Below are positions 40,549 to 52,573 of a DNA stretch of 64,000 nucleotides, piece by piece. A program made the translations under genes and the position numbers. This DNA is from Patellaria atrata CBS 101060 (Eukaryota), in assembly GCA_010093705.1 (NCBI GenBank), contig MU006122.1, positions 5,331 through 69,330 on the forward strand, given 5' to 3'. The notes under the pieces are model-generated. The model was given only the letters and a program-made list of their open reading frames with translations. It ran no database searches and was not told where the DNA came from. How positions within the stretch are numbered: position 1 is the first letter of the stretch; every line of letters starts with the position of its first letter.

Positions 40549-43500
40549 TTATTCTTCTTGATAGGAGATTTTGCGCATCTCACCGAGCCTTTGTCGTGCT
40601 TGAGCAAGACTATTCTCCAACTGTAAAATCTCGACCTAAAGGAAAATTGTTTTAGTAGGAATACAAGTTGCGCAGGAACGAGTGCGGAATAGCGTAGCGG
40701 GAGATATACCTGTTGCTCCATCTGTCTAACCTTAAACTCATGGTCACTGAGTTTACTGTAGTCCACAACCTCGTTCTCGTCTCTATTTCTCTGTGCAATG
40801 ATATCTTGCACCTGGCGTACGAGTGCGCGACAAGCGAATGTAACAGCTTTGCTGGCGCCCTCCAGTCGATCTTGGGTCTTGCTCATGAAAGAAGCTTTAA
40901 CACGACTGGCGGCAACTAACTGCGCGGTGCTGGCAGCAACGTCATTGCTGGCTACTATCAACTGCTCTGGAGAATTGCGGCCGCTTATCACACCATCGGC
41001 CGTTTCAATCAAGGTGTTGGTGGAACTAGCAACAGCTTTGGCTGCACTGATCAATCCCTCCGTCCAGCGATTATGTTTTTTGTAGAATGCGGTCTTGGAC
41101 GATGTGCCACGCCCCTCACGGACGATTTCTTGCTGTGATGCTGTAGCGGCTTTGATCAGTTGCGCAATTGCGTTTGTGACGGCAATAGCAGCTTCCAATA
41201 TAGAACTAAGACATGCAATTAGATAACGGCGGCTTAGGTGATGGATGGCTGACTTACTCATGTATTCGAAGTTCGTACGTCGAGTATGAATCCCTTGGCT
41301 TGTTCATCAACTTCGTCAGTTTCTCCGTTGCTGCTTCAATAGCCTTTGCAGCGTTGGTCATTTCCCGGTCAACGAGATCGCCCAAGTCCCCCTGGGCTGA
41401 GGTGATCTTGCTCTTAGGCGCGAACGCATCCGCAAGCTTGGAAAGCTTCTGAAGATTGACTTGCACCTCATTGTTGTTATTGATTACGACATCCGTTTTC
41501 TGTATATCCTCTAAGCCGTCCAATCGAAATGATTGCAGAGCACGGAAGAAGTTCACAGTAGACTGTGCCGAATGTCTCGCTGCATTTATCAGTTGATCGG
41601 CTTTCTTCTCATCAGAGGCAAAGCGCGTAAGGCCTTTAGTATTGCTAAGAACGTCTGCAACAGAACCAGAAAAGGTATTGACGGTCCTGATGATTTCCGC
41701 GTGAGTGCTATTCGGGCCATCGGCGATGAAGTTATTGAAAGCAGTAGAGAATTCCATAGCAGTAGTCGATGCTTTTTCTATCTGGGATAATACATACGGT
41801 CCCGAAGCATTCTGATTACCAGCTTGCATCGAAGAGTCGAGTTCGTATAATGCATCGTCTACGCGCTGCACACCACTTTGCAGCACTGAATCAACAATAT
41901 CGTTTATTTTACGAAGATTATCTGTAACCATAGTATCAATATGGCCATCCAATGCATTATCAGTCTCCTGATGAGTTTGTTTCAGTTCATTAAGTTCAAT
42001 CAGCGTTTGGTCCATGCCGGCTTTGAATATTTCTAGTTCTTCTTCCTTCTCACGTAATTGGCGTTCGAGGTCAGAATCACCTTCTCGGTATTTCATCGAT
42101 ATGTCATCCAATGCCCGTGTTTTACTTCGTAAAGATTCTTCTAGATCGGCAATTTCTCTGTTATGCCTTGATAACATGGCAGATAGCTCAGAGCCTTTGG
42201 CCCGTTCCGCGTTCTCTGCTTTGTCGAGTGCAAAACGTAATTCTCGCTTCAGCTTCTCTAATTCCTCACGGTGGCCACCTGTCGTCCGGTCTCTATCGTG
42301 TAACGCTCTATCCCGTTCTCTGATCATATCGGCGAGCTCTAGATTCTTCGTCTTGAGTTCCCGCTCAAGTTTCTCTCGTCGGTCGATCGCTTCTTGTGCT
42401 GATGCGGCTTTCAACTGGATTGACTTGAACTTCTGTAGTAGTTCGAGATGCTCGTGCCTTAACTGCGAATATAACTTAGCGAGCGCCTCATACTTTGTCC
42501 TCCAAGTGTTCAGTTGCTCCTGTAGAGCTCTAATTTGATCATCTTTTGACTGTGACTGCTGCGCAAAATTACTATTCAACTGCTGTAGCTCCGTTTCCAA
42601 AGCTTTCATTCGTTGATCGTATTGCTGCAACATTAATTGATCAGTCTGATATTGCGCCTTAGCAGCAAGATTTTCGCGCTCCAGCTCAGCTAATCGTCCT
42701 TGAGTCTGCTGTTGGTATTGTTCACGCAGTAACTGCTCTTGTGCTAGTCGTTGCTGTTCCGCTTGCAATCTTTGTTGCTCTTCGAACTCACTCTGTGCTT
42801 TGAGAGCAGCTTGTTGTTGCTGTAACTGTGCAGCCGCCCATTGTTCCTGTAGTCTTCTCTGTTCTTCCGCGTATTCATCTTGTTGCCTTTTCTGCTCATT
42901 TTTCCAGAACTCATTGATTGGTTCCGGGTCGACTGACGCAGTCCGCGGAGGCGTCGGTACGGTGACCGATTGTTCAAGTTCTTTCGCAGGTCGAGCTGGC
43001 AATGCCGGTCGGTCTTCATCATCGGAGAGAAGGTTCGGAGGTTCTTGCGGTAGTTTGGGCACAGTAATTAGACTCGTAAGGTATCTCAGGTTTGAACATT
43101 CATAATAGAACTTGACTAATCTGTAATGTTGAGCATCGTACCGTCCTCGAAGCGGTGATAGAGCTTCGTCATCACCAAGCGCTATGTTCTGTTAGCGATG
43201 ATTTGGGTAGCAAGAAGGCGGTAATTACTTGTATGCATAGCTCTCAGCATGCTCGTGATAAACTTGTAGATACCATAACTTTCTTGAACTAGCGGTACCA
43301 GTGCCGAAATCCTGCATTCATTGTTCGCACCAGATCTAAAGTGAGAGAATATCAACTTTTGGAAGTTTTCAATCTGATCCTGAAGCGTCATTAAATCTGA
43401 TATTGTTTCATACCTAAAACGGTGTCAGTATTCTATGACTCGTCTTGACGAACCGAGATACACACCCTTCGTTAGGATCGTTGATCGACTTGAGACTGAT

Positions 43501-44271
43501 GTATTCTTCATACTCGAAAGTGCCTTTTCTGGTATAAGCAGATGAGAAGCACGATCTCCCGGGATGTCTTACCGTTGAATTCAGGATGCTGTTTGTGGAA
43601 CGAGAGCTTGGCTAGCAAGAAGAAGATGTACTCTTGTATAAGAGGTCCATAGCCTATAATTTCGAGTCAGGGGGTCCTATTCGCACCAATATGATAGGAA
43701 GTTATGCGCACCGCGAAGCCCATCACCTCCTGCAACACCACGAGTTAGGCTTTCCAACCAGCTGGTATTTGCCTGCGCTTCCCTCAATGCGATCGGGTGA
43801 CCCTCTTGTAGGACTTTATGTACGGTGATTAAGGCCTTAAATGTTTGAACCTCGTCGGCGAGGATTGGTTGGCTACGTGTACCTATGTTAGCGCTGGAGG
43901 TTGATCACAGCAAATCACTGATACTGACACTTTCATGCCCGCCCAGAACGACTGAGAGGATTTATGATCCCATGTATATACAATAGCAGCCCTAACATGT
44001 TTCCCTATCCCAAATAAGCTTTGTCCGCTGAGTTCAGTGAGAGAGAAGGAAGGTGATGGTACGTTTAGGTGCTGTTTCTTCTACAATGAATTTAGTGACG
44101 TGTTGAACTAAGGGAAATGGAAGGTCAAGTACCTATACTGGTGGCCTTCTTAATATTTATAGCAAGTTCCGATTCCTGCCTGAGTGTGTTCAGTATGTCA
44201 TAATCCAGCCGTAGTACTTAAGATGCGTACTTTCCCATATCCACGTTACGCGTGGAACCATACATAGCCAT
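40549..44271 (-). CDS. SLA2: Endocytic adaptor Sla2/End4 (ANTH, coiled coil, I/LWEQ), multi-exon
   Basis: N-terminal KKATSI|EETAPKR|KHVRAAIVYTWDHKSSQSFW, long Q/E-rich coiled coil, and talin-like FYKKHNRWTEGLISAAKAVA...VEILQLEN. Confidence 0.96.
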
Positions 44272-47200
44272 GACGAATGCGGAAAGACGAGTTACCGCGC
44301 TGAGATGGTAAGCTCTCTAAGGAAAAAATACAAATCCTGGTAATAAACCCAGAGATACGAGAAAATGTAAAAGTGTGCAAGCTCCTGAAACTTGATGATT
44401 CTTCTGCCTTTGAGCTTGTGAAAGTGTGACGCTTACGGTACATGTTGTCTTGGCATTGAGCTATATGGTGCACATTACTACCAAAGGTATATTGTTTCTT
44501 CTCCTCTATTCTGGCCTATAATCTTTATAGTTCTACTACTTATTGCTATCTACTATACAGTAAGGCTATAAAAGTATTACTCTCCGCTGGTACTTAACCT
44601 TCCTAATACTCAAGACATAGGTACGACTATTATAACAGCCTAAAATACATATCTCACGGTCAAATCCAGTAGAGAGTAGAAAGAAAACAATACTGGGCTC
44701 TCCTTTAATATATATACTTGATAATTTTGCTCTTATTCTTTTCTCCCCTTTCTTTCTCCCCTTTCTTCTTTGCAGCTCGAGAAGCATCTAGATACCGCTG
44801 TGAAGACGCTCTCCCCCGAAGGCATGTAGACTCTGTTAAGAATAAACAGCGTATGATCTGCAAGCTTTAATTCTAAATCTTCCATTTGTCTTCCACATAT
44901 CGGTTTGGAGAGAGGGTGAAATCAATTACTCCCTAGGGGTATATATTATTTAAGATTGGCCACTGAAGCAAAAGACCGACCTCAATGCCGAGTAGTACGA
45001 CTTATATCTAACAATCGGGAACTTGAAATAGAAACTTGTGGACACAATGCTTACCTTAGCTTGCGATAGGCGGTCCATTGTTCCTGGCATATATCTTCAG
45101 CTGTAATGTATGAATGAACCAGGTATGCCTTTAGCTAAAATGCATGTAGAAAAGGTATATACCTCCAGGTATTCTATATATCGTGGTGGAATACGGGAAG
45201 CTATATGTATTATTCGTAGAATACGTGCTAGCAGTAACATTATAAAACCACACCTCAGTTATAGCGCTATAAACCCTAGAAAACACGTATTGGATGGTAA
45301 CCATGCAGCTGCCATTCCAAAGACCCCCTCCCCCTCCTCGCTAAGGTATACATCCAGCCATGGTTATTGTAACGTTGGATATACCTTACCGTGTTACGTA
45401 TGTATACACTAAAGAGCCCTGGATAATGCCTTGTAAACAAACCCTGTGGACCCCATTTGTTCTTCGTGGGGTTGGCACGCTAGAAGCACCGACCGATGCG
45501 ACCACACGAACCGCTGTGGAGGTACCTTAGCCAAAGCTATCCACAAGCTCAGTATCGAGCTATGAAAAGAAGAAAACAAGAAGAGGAGAGAAGGAGAAGA
45601 GGAATATAAACCCCTGAAGAGTAGGTAGTCCTATTCCGGGCCGACTTCGGCTATTTCCCAGCCAATATAGGCCAGAAGCATGAGGAAAAATGCCGTAGTT
45701 CTCCCAGACTTATGCGTAGTAACCAAAATTGCCGGTGCTGACATGTCCTGGTGTGTCTCTTAGTCTTGCTTACTATCCCAGCCAACTCAGGCGTACTCTG
45801 TAATCATAATATGCAAGATGGCAAGCTTGATGGGAGTGTGCATTAACCCCGTTGACAGCAAAACTTTCTAGGACTTATCTCCCGTCTTCATGCCTAAAGG
45901 ATTCTTTCCTCCTTACCAGCACTTCCAACACAGTTCACTTTGCGTTCATCTCGAGCTAAGGGTTCGTCTTTCAACCCCCAACTAAGGTTTGCATAGCTTT
46001 GAGAGAGGAGATTCTACAAGACGTAAAAGGAAAGAGAAGGGGAAAACTAGAAAGCATGAAATAACTGAGGCTACCGGAAGCAGACTTACACTTTCTACCT
46101 GCCAAACCATGTGGATCTCAATATCCAAAGTCCCATACTTGCACTGCTAATATCAGAAAGCGCCTTGAAACCGACCAGTCACCGTATGCAGACAGCTTCT
46201 CTCGCCGTTGATACCCCTGTATTCCAACTCCGCTTGCGAGCTTTCCCCAAGCATATCGAGTCTACCAAAAGATGGGACATCTATCATCTGCAGAATCGCT
46301 TACTTGGACCAAAGAAGTTACCCTCATGCGGGTTTTGGGGCAACATCCATGAAGACAGACTCACCGTAAGTCCTCCATATGCCTACCTCTGAAATTTCCT
46401 GACGGCTACATCACTACAGGAAGTATTGCTTCTCAAGACCCCAGATGATATGGAACAAATAAGCTGGAGCCACACCAGACTCGTCTACGCGTACAGCGGT
46501 AAACTTGCCTCATTAGCAATATCTTCTATCAAGGTTGACCAGATCCGAGTGACAAGCTTCTTGAACATGCATACAGTATGTCACGGATGACTTGCCAAGG
46601 GAAAGCTGATTGCCTTGTTCTCGTACATGTACATAACAGGGCGTACGTCGCCATCCTGTATGTCTCTTCCCACAAGATCACTTCACCATCCTAGCAAACT
46701 CTTCCTGCCATCGCGATGTCTGAGCTCGAAACTTGGCACACAGGCCACATCCAACCTTCTATACATTCCTAATCATTTTTCTAACTTTCAAACCTGGGTT
46801 TTGATATTGACGGTGTAGTCCACGGAGACTATTGTAGCATCCAATTCCTCTCCCAGCCCATCATCGGAGTATTCCTGGCTACTGTATAGTTTCCCTGTAA
46901 GTATTTTCGAAGGACTGTCACTTCTTTGGTCATGACGCCAGTTTAGTCGGGGCGAAGGAGAAATGATGAAGAAGGTAAGAGCTTAACTTTGTAAAATAAG
47001 GAATAGGGGTGTTTGTGTTGCTGGTGGAATAGTTAGATATACCTGGGATTCTGCATGACAGTGTGGATGATTGATGTAATGAAGATTTCCACATCTTCAT
47101 TGAATCGGTTCTTCAGTGAATACAAAGTAGTTGATGAAATTTGTACCATATGCTTCCATTTCCCTATCCACATGGGACCAACAAAAGAACTCGAAAATAA

Positions 47201-47357
47201 CAATCGCCTAAACGCGCAGATAGTTTTCGTTTCACAAACAATCGGGGGTATATACAACCGCCTCATCCTCATCATCCCCGTCCTCATCATCCCCATCCTC
47301 CTCTTTATCATACCCTAATTACAAAACTCACCATTTTTTTTTAATCATCATCCCTTA

Positions 47358-48321
47358 TCATATCAACTCATCTCCTCCAGCCCTCCTACTCTCTTCGACC
47401 GCCCTCCACACCTCACCCTCGTCGAACACGGGACCTTGCCCATTACACCTCGCCACCCGTTTTAGCCGCTCCGTCACATCCCCGATATCCACAAGGCCCT
47501 GCTTGACCAGCGGATGGGCCTGAATCAGATCCCACGTCGCGCCGGCGGGTAGCATACTCCCGGCAACGTCCCATCCATTCCCATTCCGCATGCTCGAACT
47601 ACCCGACCTTGTCAATCCCGCGGTCGTTGCCGTGTAAGCCTCGGGCGGCGTGGTGGGGGATGGGGGGAGAGATAAAGTGGAGGAAGTCGCGCGTAAGATC
47701 TCGTTCTCGGTGGTTGCGCGTTGGAGGGCGAGTTTGAGGCGCTCGTTGTCGGATTGGAGAGAGGAGGCGCTAGATTCGAGAGCGGAGAGCTTGGCCTCGA
47801 GGTCTTTTACGTGGCGTTCTTTGCGTTCGCGAAATGCTCGTTGTCTATTTCACCCTTATCCTCAGCATTGAAGTTAAATTATACGAGATTCACAGGAGGA
47901 GAAGAGGGAGGGAGGGGCTTACGCGGCTCTATTCTGGGCCTTTCGTCGGCTCTGGGCGGGTGTGAGGGTTTCCTTCTCTTCGCTGCTTGCTCGTTGCTCT
48001 CTGTCCGCTTCTACGGGAGTGGGGTTTATGGAAGCGGTGGGGAGAGGGGTGTGAGAGCTCGAGGGCGGGGAGGCGGGTATTAGGGGCGCGGTTGTGGTGG
48101 GTGTGAAGTGGAATTGGTCGTAGGCGGTGGGGATGAATGATGTGTCAATGTGATCCTATCATGGGAATAAGGTTTAGTATGATCTATCTGATCGAAGTAC
48201 AGTACAACGATGTAATATGAGATGGGAAACTTACCTTTGGTTCTTCAGCATAGGAAGGTCCTTGTGGGAGACCCACGAACTGGAATGGTTGAGGAGAGGC
48301 GTAATAAGAGGTGAAGTCCAT
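47358..48321 (-). CDS. Yap/AP-1-like bZIP transcription factor (Fcr3/RsmA-like), 3 exons
   Basis: Manual splice: MDFTSYY...|...TPAQSRRKAQNRAA|QRAFRERKERHVKDLEAKL, leucine zipper, and C-terminal ATWDLIQAHPL...GQGPVF...DELI. The RsmA/Fcr3 assignment is from memory. Confidence 0.87.
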
Positions 48322-50670
48322 GACCGACAGATATACGGGACTGCTATCAGGTTCGAGAGGTTGTAATACAGAATGGGTGAGGTGTAACAGTATGAAGCTG
48401 GAGGAAGGTCTCTCTCGTGGGATGCGGCGGTAGGGGTAACAAATATATAGATGTAGAGTACCTTACCCGATCAGCTCGACCCTCTACCCTACCTGTACTA
48501 CTAATACTGTACATAGGTATCTTATTTAGTTATCTATTCTGATTTAGTGGCTTACTGCATCTCGCGCATACTAAGGTAGCCCCCAGACAAAGTCGCTAGT
48601 ACTGAGCGAGGAGTAAGGTATGCAGCTAAGCATACATGTATCAACTATCAATCAACTGTACCTTCAAGTTCACCTAAGGTATCAACGTGCTGGTCTGGAA
48701 TCAGGATGAGGTGTCCCGTCGGGTAGGGCAAGATGTGAGGTATCAACCCATGCATCGGTACACCCGATATACTGCCCCGTATTAGAAAATTATACCTTGA
48801 TGATAACTTTGGTTTTGTATGATGGACGTTGTATTTAATAAGAACCAACGGCTTCCATGTCGAGCTGGTAAGGTTGGTAAAAAGCGCCCAGTTACCGTTA
48901 GCATCCAATGAAAGTTCGAAATCTGCCATATCTCAGCCGGTCTCAGCAAACGGCCCGGAATCTCGGATGATGATCGAAGGTCAGCCTTGAGCTTAGACTT
49001 TTACAATCACGACAATTTGGAGAAATTGTGAAATACTCAGAGGAGATTTATTACCATTTTATTGGGGGCTGATTCTCTCCGAAACTTGATCATTGGTCCG
49101 ACTTTCTAATTAATCTCCCCGAATATATACCGTCAACTTTCTTGAATCGTAACTACTTTTGTACAAGCGTGCTTGGTACTTTGTTCTAAAATACAAGAGG
49201 AAAGGCGTCATCACGATGTCGGGTACAGTACAATACATCTATACGGTACCTTACAACCCACTCGGGTATAGTGGGTATAGTAAGTTCAGTAAATGGAATG
49301 GATGTCACCTTACGTTACATTACCTTACTATCCGATTAGAGCTCTCTTACATTTGCTTTCGGTACATTAAGGTAGTTCTACTGTATTTTTAAGGTATCAA
49401 CCTCCCGAAGATCATTCTAGGGCTACACTACCTTAGAAACTTTGATTTACTGGTCTTGAGTACTTTACCTCAGTACTATCACTACTCATAATATCTACCT
49501 TGCCGAGGTTGAGGTGCCCTGTCTCTTACCCTAAATCGTTGGCTTTACCGTTAGAACTAGGCCTCGTGTCCCTTTTCTCCCGAGGACTCCATCTCTCGGG
49601 TAGGGTGTAGCTTGACAACGGCCTGAGGGGCCAAGGGGCCTTAACAGGTTGGAGAATTTGGAATAGAACCACTTCCAAGTTGTTGGTGGCTTTCCACCAT
49701 CCGAATCCTGAAAAGTACAGTACTTATGTTAATAACTTGTTGAAGGATAAGTTACCATTTTTGGATGCTTTTCCCCAACATGCTTCTCACCCGTTACTGA
49801 CTCAATAATAATCAATCACATCTCGCCATTCCTACTATACGAATAGTGCTGGATACTGAACGGACGTCCAAGTGACCGCATATCATTTTATTAGTTCTGA
49901 AGTGTCGAGGTTAAAAGCTTTCGTCAGCACTAACCTTCAGCCTCAAATGCTCCACCATCAATGCATCAACCATAAACTTCACCAGATCTCACACCCTCCT
50001 CGGGAAGTGGCACGGCCAGGGAACCAACAATTATTTTAACCGCCATCTCTGGATTCCTTTCACCTATCATCCCCCTTGGACTACACACAATACTTACTTG
50101 AGTCATCTCTGTAGGTATAATAACGAATATTTTCCCCGGTCCTAAAATTTACTCCTATTCTCTAGGTAGGAAAAGGGGTTCGATCGAGTCTGATTGCTAG
50201 CCCTCCTGATATTCATCATCCAATACATCGAGCGCCCATGTAGTGGGAAAGGACCTTCGATATCATTATTATGATACGTTACCACATTGTGTCAATATTC
50301 CTTACAGAGTCAACAAATGACAAATGACTATAGACCTGGCCGAGTATTATTGTACACAAAACTCTATTCAAGGGGTAATACTCCATTTGAATTACCCCCA
50401 TCCTATTCAAAAAATTGTACAGATAGATACTTCCTCCTAAGGCTTTGTTGAATGTTTCCTTGGATGGTCAGGTCGTGCTCATCGTCCTTCGTAAAAGCAA
50501 CTCAAAGCTGCCTACATCAAAAATTTTGAACTCCGAACAATTCCCAGCTTCCGAAATAGATGTATGCCCAAACGCCAGTATCTCTAAAGCGAGCATCCAG
50601 CCAAAGTTTTGAAATTCAGGGATATTCCTTCCCGTAATTATTGCATTTCTATTCCCTGTTACTATCGCTC

Positions 50671-52108
50671 TCAAGTTGTAACTTCTTTGACCGAATTCGA
50701 TTCGGAAGATAGAGCAGTCGTGCTTTGCAGCTGTATCCCTTCCCCTCTCTGCCCCGTCACCGCGCGTTTCTTCAAAACGTTTTCAATAAATGCTTCTCCT
50801 GCTTTATAGCTCGAACGAACGAGTGGTCCGCTAGCACAGTATAGAAAGCCCATATCTAGAGCGCGCTGTTGCCACATCTCGAACGTCGCAGGTTTGACAT
50901 ATTCGTACACTTTCATATGGCGCTTGGTGGGCCGCATGTATTGACCAAAGGTAATGACATCAACGTTTATCGTGCGGAGATCTGCATCGACGACGACCGT
51001 TAGTGGATGTCTAATTCGAGCTTTCAATCACTTAGCTATACCTTTCAGTGCTTCCCAGATCTGGTCTTCAGCCTCCCCCAAGCCTAGCATCATGCTCGTC
51101 TTGGTGATAAGACTCGGTTTGGCAGCTTTTGCTGCTTCGAGAACCGCAATACTCTGCTTGAAGGTAGCTCTACGATCCCGCACTTCGGGTGTCAAAGCCT
51201 CGACGGTCTCGACGTTGTGAGCGTACACGTCTAAGCCGCTATTTGCCACCAACGCGACCGACTCCAGGTCGCCCGCATAGTCTCCTGTAAGGGCCTCTAC
51301 TAGCATTGTTGGTGCCTTCCTTTTGATAAGTCTGATCGTTTCCGCGAAATGACTCGCCCCCCCATCGACGATATCGTCCCTGTCAACCGAAGTGAGGACG
51401 ACATAACCAAGGCCCCAGCGCGAAAGGGCTTCCGCAGTATTCTCGGGTTCGTTTGGATCGAGTGGAGGAGGTTTGCGTGATGTTTTGACGCTGCAAAACC
51501 GACACCCACGGGTGCATGTATCTCCCATGAGCATGATAGTCGCCGTAGCTGCTGACTTCGACGAGCCGCCCCAACAATCTGATATATTCGGGCAGCGAGC
51601 TTCTTCGCATACTGTGTGGCGAAACTTCGAGTTAGCAGTCTGCTACAGTAAATCTGCTTGCTTCCAATGCGATAGATCTATCGAGCTCACAGTGGATGGA
51701 CTTACCAGTATGCAAATTCAGGCCTCTTAGGTCGCTCTTGATCTTCTTGAAATTCTCTCCAACTGGTATAGGCGTTTTGAGCCATTCCGGCAACCTCGCT
51801 ATCTGCTTCTGTCGCCCTAGCGGTCCTACCATAGCGGTTCGCAATTGAAATGCTTCGTCCATGCCTAACGCCACCTTCTTCTCACCCACAAAATCAGAGA
51901 AGGACGGACCAGCATCAAGTGATTGTGAAAATGCGCTTGACCGTTGTTTCTGCGGCTTGTTGTCTTCAACATTCTGCTGTCCCGAAATTGTGGCAAGGGT
52001 TCTACGCTGCTTGGAGGGTTGCAGGCGCAGGGTTCGAAGGGGGAGCCTAATAGGACTGGATCGACAGAGTAAACAGCGTGTCTCCAAATATAAAGAGGTC
52101 ATTGTCAT
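50671..52108 (-). CDS. LIP5: Mitochondrial lipoyl synthase (radical SAM), 3 exons
   Basis: [17 protein letters not shown] (CX4CX5C), CTRGCRFC (CX3CX2C), [14 protein letters not shown] and [10 protein letters not shown]. Confidence 0.96.
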
Positions 52109-52573
52109 TATTCTTGAAAAATATGTGCCTCAATATAATAAGAACAACGGCGTTGAGTTGAGAACTGAACGACTTATACGAGTTACGAGAGGTCCAAGGT
52201 CCAAGGGTCCTCCTTCCGTATGCCGCATAATGCCGGCCGCTAGCATCGGATGCTAAGGGTGACCGGAATTCTCCGTATTAGTATCTGTGTTCACTGATTG
52301 GACCATACCTTACGGAGTACTGTTCTACAAGGCAAATGCTCTGTCCTGTACATGAAGGTAAGGTAATTTTCACGCCATTTATGGATGTATTCAAGGTTGG
52401 TACAACACCTTGGCTGTGTTGATGAATGTGTGATATACGTGCAAATTCCCAGTAAAAGTCTCTGGAACATGAATTCAACATTGCTCGCTTGAACGCTACA
52501 GGATATGATCACACTAGAATTGCGAATAGACATTTCGTCCAGAGACATTTGACGAAAATTTGAAGTTGATTTA

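Noticed and set aside
42014..43105. Antisense ORFs over SLA2 (and similar ones over SEC21, MED12 and LIP5)
   Set aside because: They are shadow ORFs of real genes, with low-complexity translations and no recognisable domains.
37171..48321. Secondary-metabolite cluster suggested by two transcription factors
   Set aside because: No PKS, NRPS, terpene synthase, tailoring enzyme or transporter genes are present in the window.
45110..49392. Short intergenic ORFs (45110, 46111, 46615, 47033, 48648, 49159)
   Set aside because: No recognisable motifs or splice support, and several lack ATG starts.
44780..50400. tRNA or snRNA genes in the long intergenic regions
   Set aside because: I found no convincing cloverleaf with A/B boxes or snRNA motif by eye. 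tRNAscan-SE or Infernal would be needed to exclude them fully.
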